Origin: Octopus sinensis
Lineage: Eukaryota
Length of the DNA: 64,000 bases
Direction of reading: 5' to 3'
Assembly: GCF_006345805.1 (NCBI RefSeq)
Contig: NC_043002.1
Coordinates: 57,040,001 to 57,104,000 of the forward strand
The notes beneath the pieces are model-generated. The model did not search any database. It saw only the letters and a program-made list of their open reading frames with translations, and was not told where the DNA came from. Numbering within the stretch: the stretch's first letter is position 1; each line of letters opens with the position of its first letter. Positions 1 through 10,862 of the stretch are shown here, one piece after another. A program made the position numbers and the translations under genes.

Positions 1-181
1 GTTGTCCTTAATTGCTAAATTTTTATTCCGAAAAAACTTTTCCTCTCCCGAAATGCAATTCGTAAAAGTTTGCCATTCATCCGGATATAGTATATATAAA
101 CCCACCCATGTGCTTCGTTGATGTTGTCAGTTAGCTGATCGGCTTAGCGAAGCAGGGTCGTTGTTTATTTATAGTATATTC

Positions 182-228
182 AGGCCTGCTGATGATTACG
201 TAGTATGAAATCACTGTGATACAGGTCT
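182..228 (+). ncRNA. Type I hammerhead ribozyme motif (intact core)
   Basis: Stem I AGGCCTG(182-188)/CAGGTCT(222-228); core CTGATGA 189-195; short stem II 196-206; GAAA 207-210; stem III ATCAC-T-GTGAT; H17=A221. Confidence 0.7.
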
Positions 229-668
229 ATATATTTTTAAATGTCTTTCTTTGAAAAATTGCATTCGGTGGGATTAGTAATATTTTTGGTAGAAATGACT
301 GATTGTCCCTCTTAGCGTATGGCGTGTATGTAAGAATGCCTCCTGGCATGTATGTATAATGCCCTCTATATATCAATTTAATATGTTCAATAAGAAATAA
401 TTATTTTCGAAATTTTTTCTCTTATGAGTTTTTACGCTATCTACCTGACAATTTCTTGTTAAGTTTTCCTTATTAAGTAGTTGTCCTTAATTGCTAATTT
501 TTATTCCGAAAAAACTTTTCCTCTCCCGAAATGCAATTCGTAAAAGTTTGCCATTCATCCGGATATAGTATATATACCCACCCATGTGCTTCGTTGATGT
601 TGATCAGTTAGCTGATCGGCTTAAGCGAAGTCAGGGTCGTTGTTTATTTATAGTATAGGCCTTTCAGC

Positions 669-706
669 CCTGCTGATGATCGTAAGTATGAAATCACGTA
701 TACAGG
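669..706 (+). ncRNA. Type I hammerhead ribozyme motif, second tandem copy
   Basis: CCTG-CTGATGA(673-679)-TCGTAAGTAT-GAAA(690-693)-TCACGTAT-A-CAGG. It has indels in stems II and III relative to copy 1. Confidence 0.6.
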
Positions 707-884
707 TCTATATATTTTTAAATGTCTTTCTTTGAAAAATTGCATTCGGTGGGATTAGTAATATTTTGTTAGAAATGACTGATTGTCCCTCTTAGCGTAT
801 GGCGTGTATGTAGAATGCCTCCTGGCATGTATGTATAATGCCCTCTATATATAAATTATATATATATACATATTTTTTGAGCTT

Positions 885-1146
885 TTTTTGTTTTCGCTCG
901 AAAATTGACCGTTATTTCTAAAGGGCCAATCAAACAAGTCCATTTTTTTAAAGGTGTAGCGTTTTAAGAGTCTAGATTGAATTGATATATCGGTTCCATT
1001 CTAGGAAAAACTGTCTGATTACGGCAACGAGAAACTCAGAGTAACAGATTTTGTTGAATTTTCTGCTGCTTTAAATAAAGCATATTTCTCTACCACTGGT
1101 ATTTGAGTACTCTTTTTTCCACCTTGGTTGCACATTTATGGTCTCC

Positions 1147-1147
<1 letters not shown>
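885..1147 (+). mobile_element. Penelope-like terminal fragment with a degenerate hammerhead (1011-1047)
   Basis: CTGT-CTGATTA-CG-GCAA-CG-A-GAAA-CTC-A-GAG-TA-ACAG. Stems I and III and a GNRA loop are intact, but core G8 is mutated. Confidence 0.5.
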
Positions 1148-1211
<64 letters not shown>

Positions 1212-1682
1212 TGTAGAGAGAGACGAAGAGGGAGACTGGAAAAATGTATGCATTTTCCAAGTCATATCTATTTATAATCTCAATTGTAGCAGTGTGCACA
1301 CACACACACACAGAAGCACACATATTCACTCTTTCTCATAAACATACGTTCACATACACACACACATACACACACACACGCATCATAGATAAGAATTTAC
1401 ATAGGTATGTATGTTCTGGTTTTATTTTTAAAATTTCTCACCAACAAAGAGCCGGTTCCTAACCTAGAAACAAGCTTTCATAGGAATTTAGGTGTATGTA
1501 TGTATGTATGTATGTATGTATGTATGTATGTATGTATGTATGTATGTATGTATGTATGTCATTGTTTAATTTTATTTCAAGATTTCTTGCCAATAAAGAA
1601 AGAGTCAGTTACTAACCTAGATCTAAGGCTCCTACATTAGAATTTCAACATCAACAACAGGGTACTTTTGCTTGTATGTATG

Positions 1683-1713
<31 letters not shown>

Positions 1714-1815
1714 ATGTATGTATGAATTTATGTATGCATGTAAGTATGTATGCATGCATGTATGTATATGTGCAGATTTGTATGCTTTGTTTTATGTATG
1801 TTTCTCATGCATATA

Positions 1816-3502
1816 TCAGGTCATCCCATAAGTTCTGTCCGAATTATGAATTAAGAAAATAAGTGATCAAATGTTATATTTAATTGAAATTTAATCATCA
1901 ATATACTTTCTCTGATTATCTAAGACTTCTTTTCATCTATTTACAAGCTTTTTTAATCATAACAATGTAAAACTCTTTTGGTTTCATAGCGAAGAACTCT
2001 GAAATGTCAGTTTCGACCTCCTCCTGGCTTGCGAAAGTAATGCCCCCCAAATGATTCTGTAAACTACAAAATAAATGGTAGTCTGAAGGAGCAAGGTCGG
2101 GAGAATAAAGTGGATGAGGAATTTTTTTCCCAACCAAGCTCTTCGATCTTCTGTGATGTGATCTTTGCAGTGTGGGGTCGTGCATTGTCCTGATGAAATA
2201 TCACTCCTTTTCGATTCACTGAAGTGGGTCTTTTTTTTCTTCATAGCTTGGTTCAAACGCTTTAATTGCTGACAGTAGACTTGAGCTTTGACTGTTGCAT
2301 TAGGTGGTAACAATTAAAAGTGAATTGCTCCTTTGCAATCCCACCAAATAGAGAGAAGAACTTTTTTCCATGAAGTTCCCTTCTCGGTTGTGGTTGAGCT
2401 TTTTTCCTTTTATCAAACCACTGTTTACAACGTTTAATATTTCAATAGAAGATCCATTTTTCGTCACAAGTCTATCCAAAAAGGGTGAACTGAGTTCGCG
2501 AGAATGGAGAGAAGAGATGTCAACTCGGGATTTGCGGTTGCTTTCGGGCAATTCACGAGGCACCCATTTTCCAAGTTTAGGAACCTTTCCAAGTTACTCT
2601 TTACTCTTTTACTCTTTTACTTGTTTCAGTCATTTGACTGCGGCCATGCTGGAGCACCACCTTTAGTCGAGCAACTCGACCCCGGGACTTATTCTTTGTA
2701 AGCCCAGTACTTATTCTATCGGTCTCTTTTGCCGAACCGCTAAGTGACGGGGACGTAAACACACCAGCATCGGTTGTCAATCAATGCTAGGGGGACAAAC
2801 ACAAACACACACGCACACACATATATATATATATACATATATACGACGGGCTTCTTTCATTTTCCGTCTACCAAATCCACTCACAAGGCTTTGGTTGGCC
2901 CGAGGCTATAGTAGAAGACACTTGCCCAAGGTGCCACGCAGTGGGACTGAACCCGGAACCATGTGGTTGGTTAGCAAGCTACTTACCACACAGCCACTCC
3001 TGCGCCTAAGTTGTTAAAGATGACGAAGAACAGTTGTATGGTTTGAACTAAGCTTTATTGCCAATTCTTCAACTGATAATGCAGGATTTTCTTCAAGTAA
3101 TGCCTCAAACTCAACTGGACGTCCTGTTCGATCTTCATCTTCAAGGCCGAAATCTCCACTTCTGAATTTTGCAAACTATCTTCTGCAAGTTCTTTCATTC
3201 AAGCATTCTTTTCCATAAACGGAGTGTGTGTTTCGAGTCGCTTCGGCTGCAGAGTTTCTTTTTTTTTTGTACACATAAAGCATTATGTGCTTTAAATGCT
3301 CTTTGGATACTTCCATGTTAGAAAGGGTTTTAAACAAAGAAATTTTAATTCTATTATTCTGTAAAATAATATTTAATTAGTTTAAATGTACACAAATACA
3401 TAAAAATAATTTTAAATTCCATTAGACATTTTAAAATAGTATTAAATTTCATTCAATTTTTAAAAAAAGGTAAAATCAGACAGAACTTATGGGATGACCT
3501 GA
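1816..3502 (-). mobile_element. Full-length but decayed mariner (DD34D-type) transposon
   Basis: Perfect 24-bp TIRs TCAGGTCATCCCATAAGTTCTGTC (1816-1839 and 3479-3502) with TA duplications at 1814-15 and 3503-04. Frameshifted transposase includes PHPLYSPDLAPSDYHLF. Length is ~1270 bp once the nested SINE is removed. Confidence 0.92.
2596..3007 (-). mobile_element. tRNA-derived SINE (family A here; octopus OK/OR-like), nested in the mariner
   Basis: tRNA-like head, internal (TA)/(TG) tract, AAAAGAGT-repeat tail; AAGTT target-site duplication at 2591-2595 and 3008-3012. Confidence 0.88.
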
Positions 3503-3789
3503 TAGTTGCATATCTAGACATGCTCATATATATTTAAATCAAACTTCTGGGAAGTTTTACAGATTTTTACAGTTCCAGTGTTGGATTGGATCTGTAGTCT
3601 TCTAATTAGCTTTCTCCTTTCTGGTTTTGAGAAGCCTAATTTCTCAAGATTGGTATTTAGGCAGTGTGTTACATATCCCAGGGCCCCAATAAGTACAGGT
3701 ATAAACATAAATTTGTAATCTGGATAGAGTAACTGCAGGTTTCTCAATAGTTCAGCATAGGTGTTATCATTTTCACTGATCTTCTGCTT

Positions 3790-4485
3790 TATGTATGTAT
3801 GTATGTATGTATGTATGTATGTATGTATGTATGTATGTATGTATGTATGTATGTATGTATGTATGCATGCATTCATGCACGTATGTATGTATACATGCAT
3901 GTATATATGTATGCATGCGTATACGTATGTTTGCGTGTGTGTACATATGTATGTATATACATGTGTATGTGTGTATATACGTATGTATACATACGTATGT
4001 ATGTATATGTATATACGCATGTATGCATATGTGCATATATGTATATTTGTATGCATGGTGTGTGTGGTGTGTTTGTGTATGCGTGTGTCTATTGTATGTA
4101 TATGTTTGTATACATGTATACGCGTATATATGTGTATGTAGGTATCAGTATGTTTATTTATGTAAGAATATATGTATGTGTATGTATACATGTATGTGTG
4201 GATGTATATATATGCATATAAGTATTCTATGTATGCATACATACATATATACACACACACATATATGCATACATACGTGTATATATGTATATATATATAT
4301 ATTCGTGTGTGTATACATACGTGTGTATGTGTGTATATATATGTGTATGTATATATACACACATATATGCATACACACACATACACACACACCACACACC
4401 ACACACCACACACACACACACACACCACACACACATATATATATATATATACACATACATGCATACATATATATGTATACATATA
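3790..4485. repeat. Compound (TATG)n/(TA)n/(CA)n microsatellite
   Basis: Direct reading of the sequence. Confidence 0.95.
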
Positions 4486-4559
4486 ACTTACGTAACTTAG
4501 ATATGTTTCGACCAGAGATTGGTACAGACCATGTCGAACTTAATAGTACCACCTGACAG

Positions 4560-4930
4560 AATTTGCTAAATCCTTTCGAAGGCAAGTTTTGTTCGAGTTG
4601 GGAGTTCTTGTTGAGTGAGTTGTATCCATGTATAAGCGGCTCATCTGGTATCCTTTGAAGAAATTTGTCCAGATTCTGTTTAAATGTGATGGGATCTTTT
4701 TCCTCTTTGATTTATTTTGGGACAATGTTAAATAGGGCAGGATCTATTGAGGAAAAGAGATTGTGTTGCAGTTTATTTTTGTGTTGTGATTCTGAATTGG
4801 GTAGGGGACGTATGGCACGTGATCCTAGTCTTGGATGAATTCTGAAACTAACGTTGAGTTCGTTTGAGCAATGCTGGTGATATATTCTCCACATCGTGCA
4901 AATGATGTAGCACTTACGGCGGTGCTAAAG
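4560..4930 (-). mobile_element. 3' fragment of a CR1/L2-group LINE ORF2
   Basis: The minus strand reads ...RIHPRLGSRAIRP...HNLFSSIDPALFNIVPK*IKEEKDPITFKQNLDKFLQRIPDEPLIHGYNSLNKNS, matching the LFN.LP...FK..LD.FL..IPD.P C-terminal pattern of CR1/L2-type LINEs. Confidence 0.6.
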
Positions 4931-5144
4931 AGAATAGAGTTTCAATATTTTAATTCTTCCAGCGAATATCCTCTGGGGCAATTAAATTTACAAAGCGCTT
5001 CTTTTTTTGTGTGGGAAGACCACAGGGACAGCACCATTCGAGGTGTGGCTGTACACAGGAGGAAAAAAGAGGAATGATGATATCTTGTTCTCTGGAACGA
5101 AAGGTACTTCGGATTCAGGAGCTCATCTTACGAGCTATATTGAC

Positions 5145-5166
5145 TTTATATATATATATATTATAT

Positions 5167-5209
<43 letters not shown>

Positions 5210-5217
5210 ATAGATAT

Positions 5218-5260
<43 letters not shown>

Positions 5261-5275
5261 CACACACATATATAC

Positions 5276-5308
<33 letters not shown>

Positions 5309-5545
5309 ATATACATACACACACATATATACATATATATATATATAATATATATATATATACATACACACACATATATACATATATATATATATATATG
5401 TATATATGCACATATTATATACATACATATACACACATGTGTGTGTATATGTGAGTATGTATGTATGTGTGTAAGTAGCTGCTTGTAAGTGTATATACGT
5501 ATGCCAGTACGTTTGCATACAAAAATGTATGCATGTGTATACGTG

Positions 5546-5576
<31 letters not shown>

Positions 5577-5625
5577 ATACGAGTGTGTCTATATGTGTGT
5601 ATGCATTCGTTTGTGTCTGTATGTT
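5145..5625. repeat. (TA)n/(CA)n/(TG)n microsatellite
   Basis: Direct reading of the sequence. Confidence 0.95.
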
Positions 5626-5659
5626 AATATATAGGTGCAGGCATATCCTCGTTCGCACG

Positions 5660-5975
5660 GCCCCATGGGCAAATATCTTTTACTAGAGATCTGGGCCGAT
5701 TAAAGCCTTATGAGTGAATTTGGTAGACAGAAACTGCGTGGACGCCTGTTGTATGTGTATATAAATATATACGTATATTTGCGTGTATGCCTTTGTGTTT
5801 GTGCTTCACACCGCTTGAAAACAGTGTTTGTTTGTTTACGTCTTCAGAAAAAAATCCCGAAAGAATAAGAACCAGACTTAAAAATGTGAGTGCTGGGGTC
5901 AGTTTGTTCCAGCAAACCATTGAAGACATTGATCCAGCATGGATGCAATCCAATGACTGTGACAAGTAAAAGACT
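5660..5975 (+). mobile_element. Diverged SINE family A copy
   Basis: GGGCCGATTAAAGCCTTATGAGTGAATTTGGTAGACAGAAACTG and CCAGCATG..GACAAGTAAAAG match the other copies. Confidence 0.65.
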
Positions 5976-6042
5976 GCATGAATGTATATATGTCTGGGTG
6001 TGAGTATGTATGCATATTGTGTATGTTTGTATGTCTCGACTT

Positions 6043-6605
6043 AAAGACTATTTGCCAACATAATGTGGCTGTCCTGGATAGGACGATTATTACTGCTGTT
6101 TAGCCTCAAGAAAAATCGTTTCTAGCTGGCTATACGACACAATATCTGTGTCCTTATATTTTCGAACAAGGAGTCAAGCACCCCCATCCAGCACAAAGCA
6201 ACATCCGTGGACCGGTTTCTAGGTTATTGCCCTTTATCAACACAAAATAGCTGCTTGACTAGGTGGCGTTGCTGAATTCACCGTTCGAAAATATAGTTAC
6301 AAAAGTGACACACAGTCACTGATCTAATAAAATAGAAACATTATTATTTCTAAATCTCTCAAAGAGAGATATTCAGTAGCAGTTCTTTAAAGTAAAGGCT
6401 ATTTGCCAACATAGTGTGACTGTCCTGGATAGGATGAATGTTACGGTTGATAGGATGATTGGTACGGAAATCGTTTCCACCTGGCTATCCGACACAATAT
6501 CTGTGTCCTTATATTTTCGAACAGGGAGTCCAGCACCCCATCCAGAGCAAAGTTATTCTTCATCGGCACTAGAAGGCGTTGCTGAATTCCCGTTCGAAAA
6601 TATAT
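6043..6605. mobile_element. Two tandem truncated copies of the MITE seen intact at 49869-50194
   Basis: TTTGCCAACATA.TGTG.CTGTCCTGG...GCTGGCTAT.CGACACAATATCTGTGTCCTTATATTTTCGAACA occurs at ~6050 and ~6402, each followed by only the start of the right arm. Confidence 0.7.
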
Positions 6606-6853
6606 AATTTTCAATAATGTTTCCATGTATCAATGGTTTTAGGTATATGTCTGTTTGTATGTATGATTCTATGCGCGAGTTTATATTTGGTACAATTGAC
6701 GTTAAGTCAAGTAAAAGCACTTTCATTCTTCAGCGTTCAATTTCTTTAAAAGCATCCGACAAATATGAAAAGACACTGGCATCGACATTATTTGGCTCAT
6801 TAAACTTATTATTTGAAGAAATGTTTTTACTGATATGTTTGTAAAAAGTGGCA

Positions 6854-6926
<73 letters not shown>

Positions 6927-7570
6927 GACAAAGAAGAAAAGCTATCATACAGTGATAACGCTATCATTCAGTGAATTAAAATTAATTTTCTATAGTTGAC
7001 ACCTTCAATGATAAAAGAAAGTCATAAGCCACATTTTGTCAAAATGTATATATATATATACTTCCTTGAAGTGTAGACGGCATTTTCTGTCGCTCCTTCG
7101 CCGTTCTCAAAAATAGCGTTCGTAATACTTTTATCTCGTTCGGCTTAACAGCCCTTCTTGTCTTGTTATTCTCCTTGTCCTGTCTTTTACTGTTTATATT
7201 TTGTACTGTCGTTACTGTCCTGTTTTTGTTACCATTTTTACCCCTCCGCAAAAAGATCTTAAATTTTATTTAATTTGCTTTTCGCGGGAAGGAAAGTTTC
7301 TATCGAAGATGCGTATCGCTTTCACCTTCGAAACGCAGAGTAGATGAAACCATGGCGACTGAAGAATTTTCCTTGTGTTATTTGTCCTGTACTCTATTTT
7401 TTCGTTGTTTAAGAAAAATGTCCAGTTCCTTGGTTTTGTTTTATGTTTTCGTTTCTCATTATGTTCGACGTTTTTTTTGGTGTCCTGTATCCATATATGC
7501 ATGTATATATACATGTAGAGGTAGGTACGTACATATATGTATATATGCATATGTTTTATTTATTAATTTA

Positions 7571-7601
<31 letters not shown>

Positions 7602-8088
7602 AAATTTAGAATTTTAAAGAATTTTCTACACACTGTAGACTTTAATAATTACTTCTGTTAGTGAAAGTTACATACACCAAGCTAATTAACAAGCAGATAA
7701 CTTTATCATAGTATAAATGTATATATCTATGTTTGTATGTATATATGCATGTCTACCTGTATGTACGTATGTATATATGTAAGCATGCTTCTGTGTATGA
7801 ATATATTTGTATTTACGGTATTTGATGGCATACAAGAGATCCATTTTTGCTTAAAAAATGTCTAAAAAAAAACAAAAAACAAAAAACAAAAAACAAAACA
7901 AAACAAAACAAACAAAAAACCACACCGAAGTTCCTGTGGCCTATATTACGTGCTTTAATGCGCTAAACATTTCTTCTTTTACTTGAATAGCCGTTGCTGA
8001 AATTGGGGTGCGCCCTTTATGCACACGTCGCTTTTATAACACGAGATAGGGTACACACACATACACACGCGCACGCGAGCACACACAC

Positions 8089-8177
<89 letters not shown>

Positions 8178-8214
8178 GCTAGCTAGCTAGCTAGCTATAC
8201 GCATACATATATAT

Positions 8215-8535
8215 AAATTTTTATAATTATGAGTATAATTATAATTAGGGTTCAGCAAAAATTTGATTCACCACATACCGAAATTTAGAAATAGCAATTA
8301 AAAACTAGCTATTTCTCTACCACAAGAAAGTCTCCCAGAAAACAATATTCAACAACCCACGCAGGTAAAGAAAAAAAAATAACGAATCTACCCTGGTTTG
8401 ATTAACTGTATACGCGTTTCGGAGTTAGATGTGGAAAATGTAAACTCCCATTTCCACTCTATCATTCTCACTGTTCAGTACAGTAATTCAAGATTTTAAA
8501 TTTGAGAGCACTGTAAATTAAACATACTTATCTGA
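8215..8535 (-). mobile_element. Penelope-like terminal fragment with a degenerate hammerhead (8406-8483)
   Basis: Minus strand: CTGTA-CTGAACA-(extended stem II hairpin)-CTCC-GAAAC-GC-GTA-TACAG. Stem I is perfect and stem III is the palindrome ACGCGT; core G8 is changed to C. Confidence 0.55.
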
Positions 8536-8570
8536 TCAAGCGTCATCAAGCGCATATATATATATAATAT

Positions 8571-8616
<46 letters not shown>

Positions 8617-8690
8617 AATTAAACACACACACACACGTTGTGTGTGAGTGTGTGTGTGTGTATATGTGTGTGTATGTGTATGTATGACAA

Positions 8691-8842
8691 CTGTGTGGTA
8701 AGTAGCTTGTTTACCAACCACATGGTTCCGGGTTCAGTCTCACTGCGTGGCACCTTGGGCAAGTGTCTTCTACTATAGCCTCGGGCCGATCAAAGCCTTG
8801 TGAGTGGATTTGGTAGACATAAACTGAAAGAAGCCCGTCGTA

Positions 8843-8886
<44 letters not shown>

Positions 8887-9115
8887 TGTGTGTGTTTGTG
8901 TGTCTGTGTTTGTCCCCCTAGCATTGCTTGACAACCGATGCTGGTATGTTTATGTCCCCCGTTACTTGGCGGTTCGGCAAAAGAGACCGATAGAATAAGT
9001 ACTGGGCTTACAAAAGAATAAGTCCCGGGGTCGAGTTGCTCGATTAAAGGCAGTGCTCCAGCATGGCCGCAGTCAAATGACTAAAACAAGTTAAAAAGTA
9101 AAGAGTAAAAGAGTA
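8691..9115 (+). mobile_element. SINE family A
   Basis: Full head-to-tail match to 2596-3007. Confidence 0.88.
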
Positions 9116-9529
9116 TGTATGTATGTATGTTTGTATGTATGTATGTATGTAGGTATGTATGTATGTATGTGTATGTATGTATTCTCCCTGTCGTTGGCGA
9201 AGTTTTCCTATGACATGAAGGTCATGTCCTAAATTCTCTATTCTATGATATTCATAAAGACCGATCACCGTTCATGCGAATGACATAATTTCGAGCCCAC
9301 CTTTAATATACCCTTCTCCTACCTTTTACCACCTTTGCCGAGACACTGCTTTTTGTCATTAACTGACAGGTAACAAATGCTTCTTTCAACAATAAAAAGT
9401 AAAATAAGTAAACTCACCCAAACCGAAACCTACACACATATCTTCTCAGACAAGTATTTACATATCTACTCATAGGAATTCACCTATCTGCCTACATATC
9501 TTATGTATACACCCACCTACGTACATGTA

Positions 9530-9602
<73 letters not shown>

Positions 9603-9810
9603 AGATACACACACACAGATACAGAGACACACATACGCACTCACACACACGCTCCTAATATTATATCAGTGATATTGTTTTATTAGCTTTGTGATAATGT
9701 GTTTTGTTTGTCATTTGAGATAACTGTGAGAATTCGTCTCATTAAGATGGTTTTGAATGTGCGGTATTCACACACACACACACAATAATAAGGATTGAAA
9801 ATGCACTATA

Positions 9811-10508
9811 CCGTAATCCCTCAACTATTGTGGGTGTTACGTTCCAAAACCCACCCGCAATAGGTGAAAATCCACGAAGTAGAAATAGTACAATACTCTT
9901 TTACTCTTTTACTCTTTTACTCTTACTTGTTTCAGTCATTTGACTGTGGCCATGTATACTATTTTTCAAAATAATCTTTACTTTTTTTTATTCTTTTTTA
10001 CTTTTTTATTCTTTTATTTGTTTCAGGCATTTGACTACGGCCATGCTGGAGCACTACCTTTAGTCGAACAAATCGACCCCAGGACTTATTCTTTGTAAGC
10101 CTCGTACTTATTCTATCGGTCTCTTTTGCCGAACAGCTAGGTGACAGGGACGTAAGCACACCAACATCGGTTGTCAAGCGATGGTGGCGGGACAAACACA
10201 TACATAAATAGCAAACACATACATATATATACATATATATATACGACGGGCTTCTTTCATTTTCCGTCTACTAAATCCACTCGCAAGGCTTTGGTCGGCC
10301 CGGGGCTATAGTAGATGACACTTCTCCAAGGTGTCATGCAGAGGGACTGAACCCGGAACCATGTGGTTGGGAAGCAAGCTTCTTACCACAAACCCAATCC
10401 TGCATATCTTTATTTTATCATAAATGCAAAATAACACCACGGAAGAATCGACGTAAGCTTAAATAATTAACCGCGATACGTGAACCGCAAAATGGCGAGG
10501 GATTACTG
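9811..10508. mobile_element. Tc1/mariner(pogo/Tigger)-type MITE containing nested SINE A sequence (9895-9955 and 10000-10400, minus)
   Basis: Ends C(A)GTAATCCCTC.../...GAGGGATTACTG are shared with 18356-18560 and 56508-56725. The internal sequence resumes after the SINE and matches the 56.5-kb copy. Confidence 0.72.
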
Positions 10509-10593
10509 TGTATGTATGTATGTATGTATGTATGTATGTATGTATGTATTATGTATGTATGTATGTATGTATGTATGTATATAATATATATAT

Positions 10594-10627
<34 letters not shown>

Positions 10628-10714
10628 ACATATATAATATGACAACAAGAATGAATGAGACCTCGATATGTAAAATAGAGGAATTTATCTATAAATATAA
10701 TATGTGATAATTAG

Positions 10715-10862
10715 TTGGTTGTCATAATAAAACTCAGAGTTTCGGATGCCGGGGCTGAAGTCTGCTCCGGCATCTCATCAGTTTTGTCTTAATAACTGAT
10801 GAGATGCCGGAGCAGACTTCAGCCCCGGCATCCGAAACTCTGAGTTTTACTATGACAACCAA
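10715..10862. repeat. Palindrome with 69-bp arms (68/69 match, 10-nt spacer), with a hammerhead core on each strand
   Basis: Arms 10715-10783 and 10794-10862; CTGATGA-GATGCCGG...CCGGCATC-C-GAAAC-TCT-GAGT on both strands. Confidence 0.92.
10784..10858 (+). ncRNA. Type I hammerhead ribozyme motif
   Basis: Stem I 10784-10795/10847-10858 (10 of 12 pairs); core 10796-10802; 8-bp stem II; GAAA 10834-10837; stem III ACTC-T-GAGT; predicted GUU cleavage after 10846. Confidence 0.65.

Larger units (their letters stand above)
1..880 (+). repeat. Tandem direct repeat of a ~480-bp unit (copy 1 starts at or before the window edge, copy 2 starts at ~480); each unit has a hammerhead motif; Penelope-like terminal repeat or retrozyme-like
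   Basis: GTTGTCCTTAATTGCTAAATTTTT starts at 1 and again at ~480. The copies are near-identical and differ mostly by small indels. Confidence 0.85.
1400..3790 (-). mobile_element. 3' end of an RLE-type non-LTR retrotransposon (R4/Dong/NeSL-like), interrupted by a mariner insertion
   Basis: Minus-strand peptide ...YAELLRNLQLLYPDYKFMFIPVLIGALGYV...LEKLGF...LQIQSNTGTVKICK (3520-3790) resembles the C-terminal restriction-like endonuclease region. The 3' UTR continues at 1815-1400 and is homologous to 12340-12480 and 13150-13465. Confidence 0.7.

Noticed and set aside
2185-2205. CTGATGA near 2190
   Set aside because: It is the antisense of the mariner HQDNA codons and has no HHR stems.
7285-7350. 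Possible hammerhead (TCGAAGA...CGAAACGCAGAGTAG)
   Set aside because: The core is scrambled and stem I cannot be paired convincingly.
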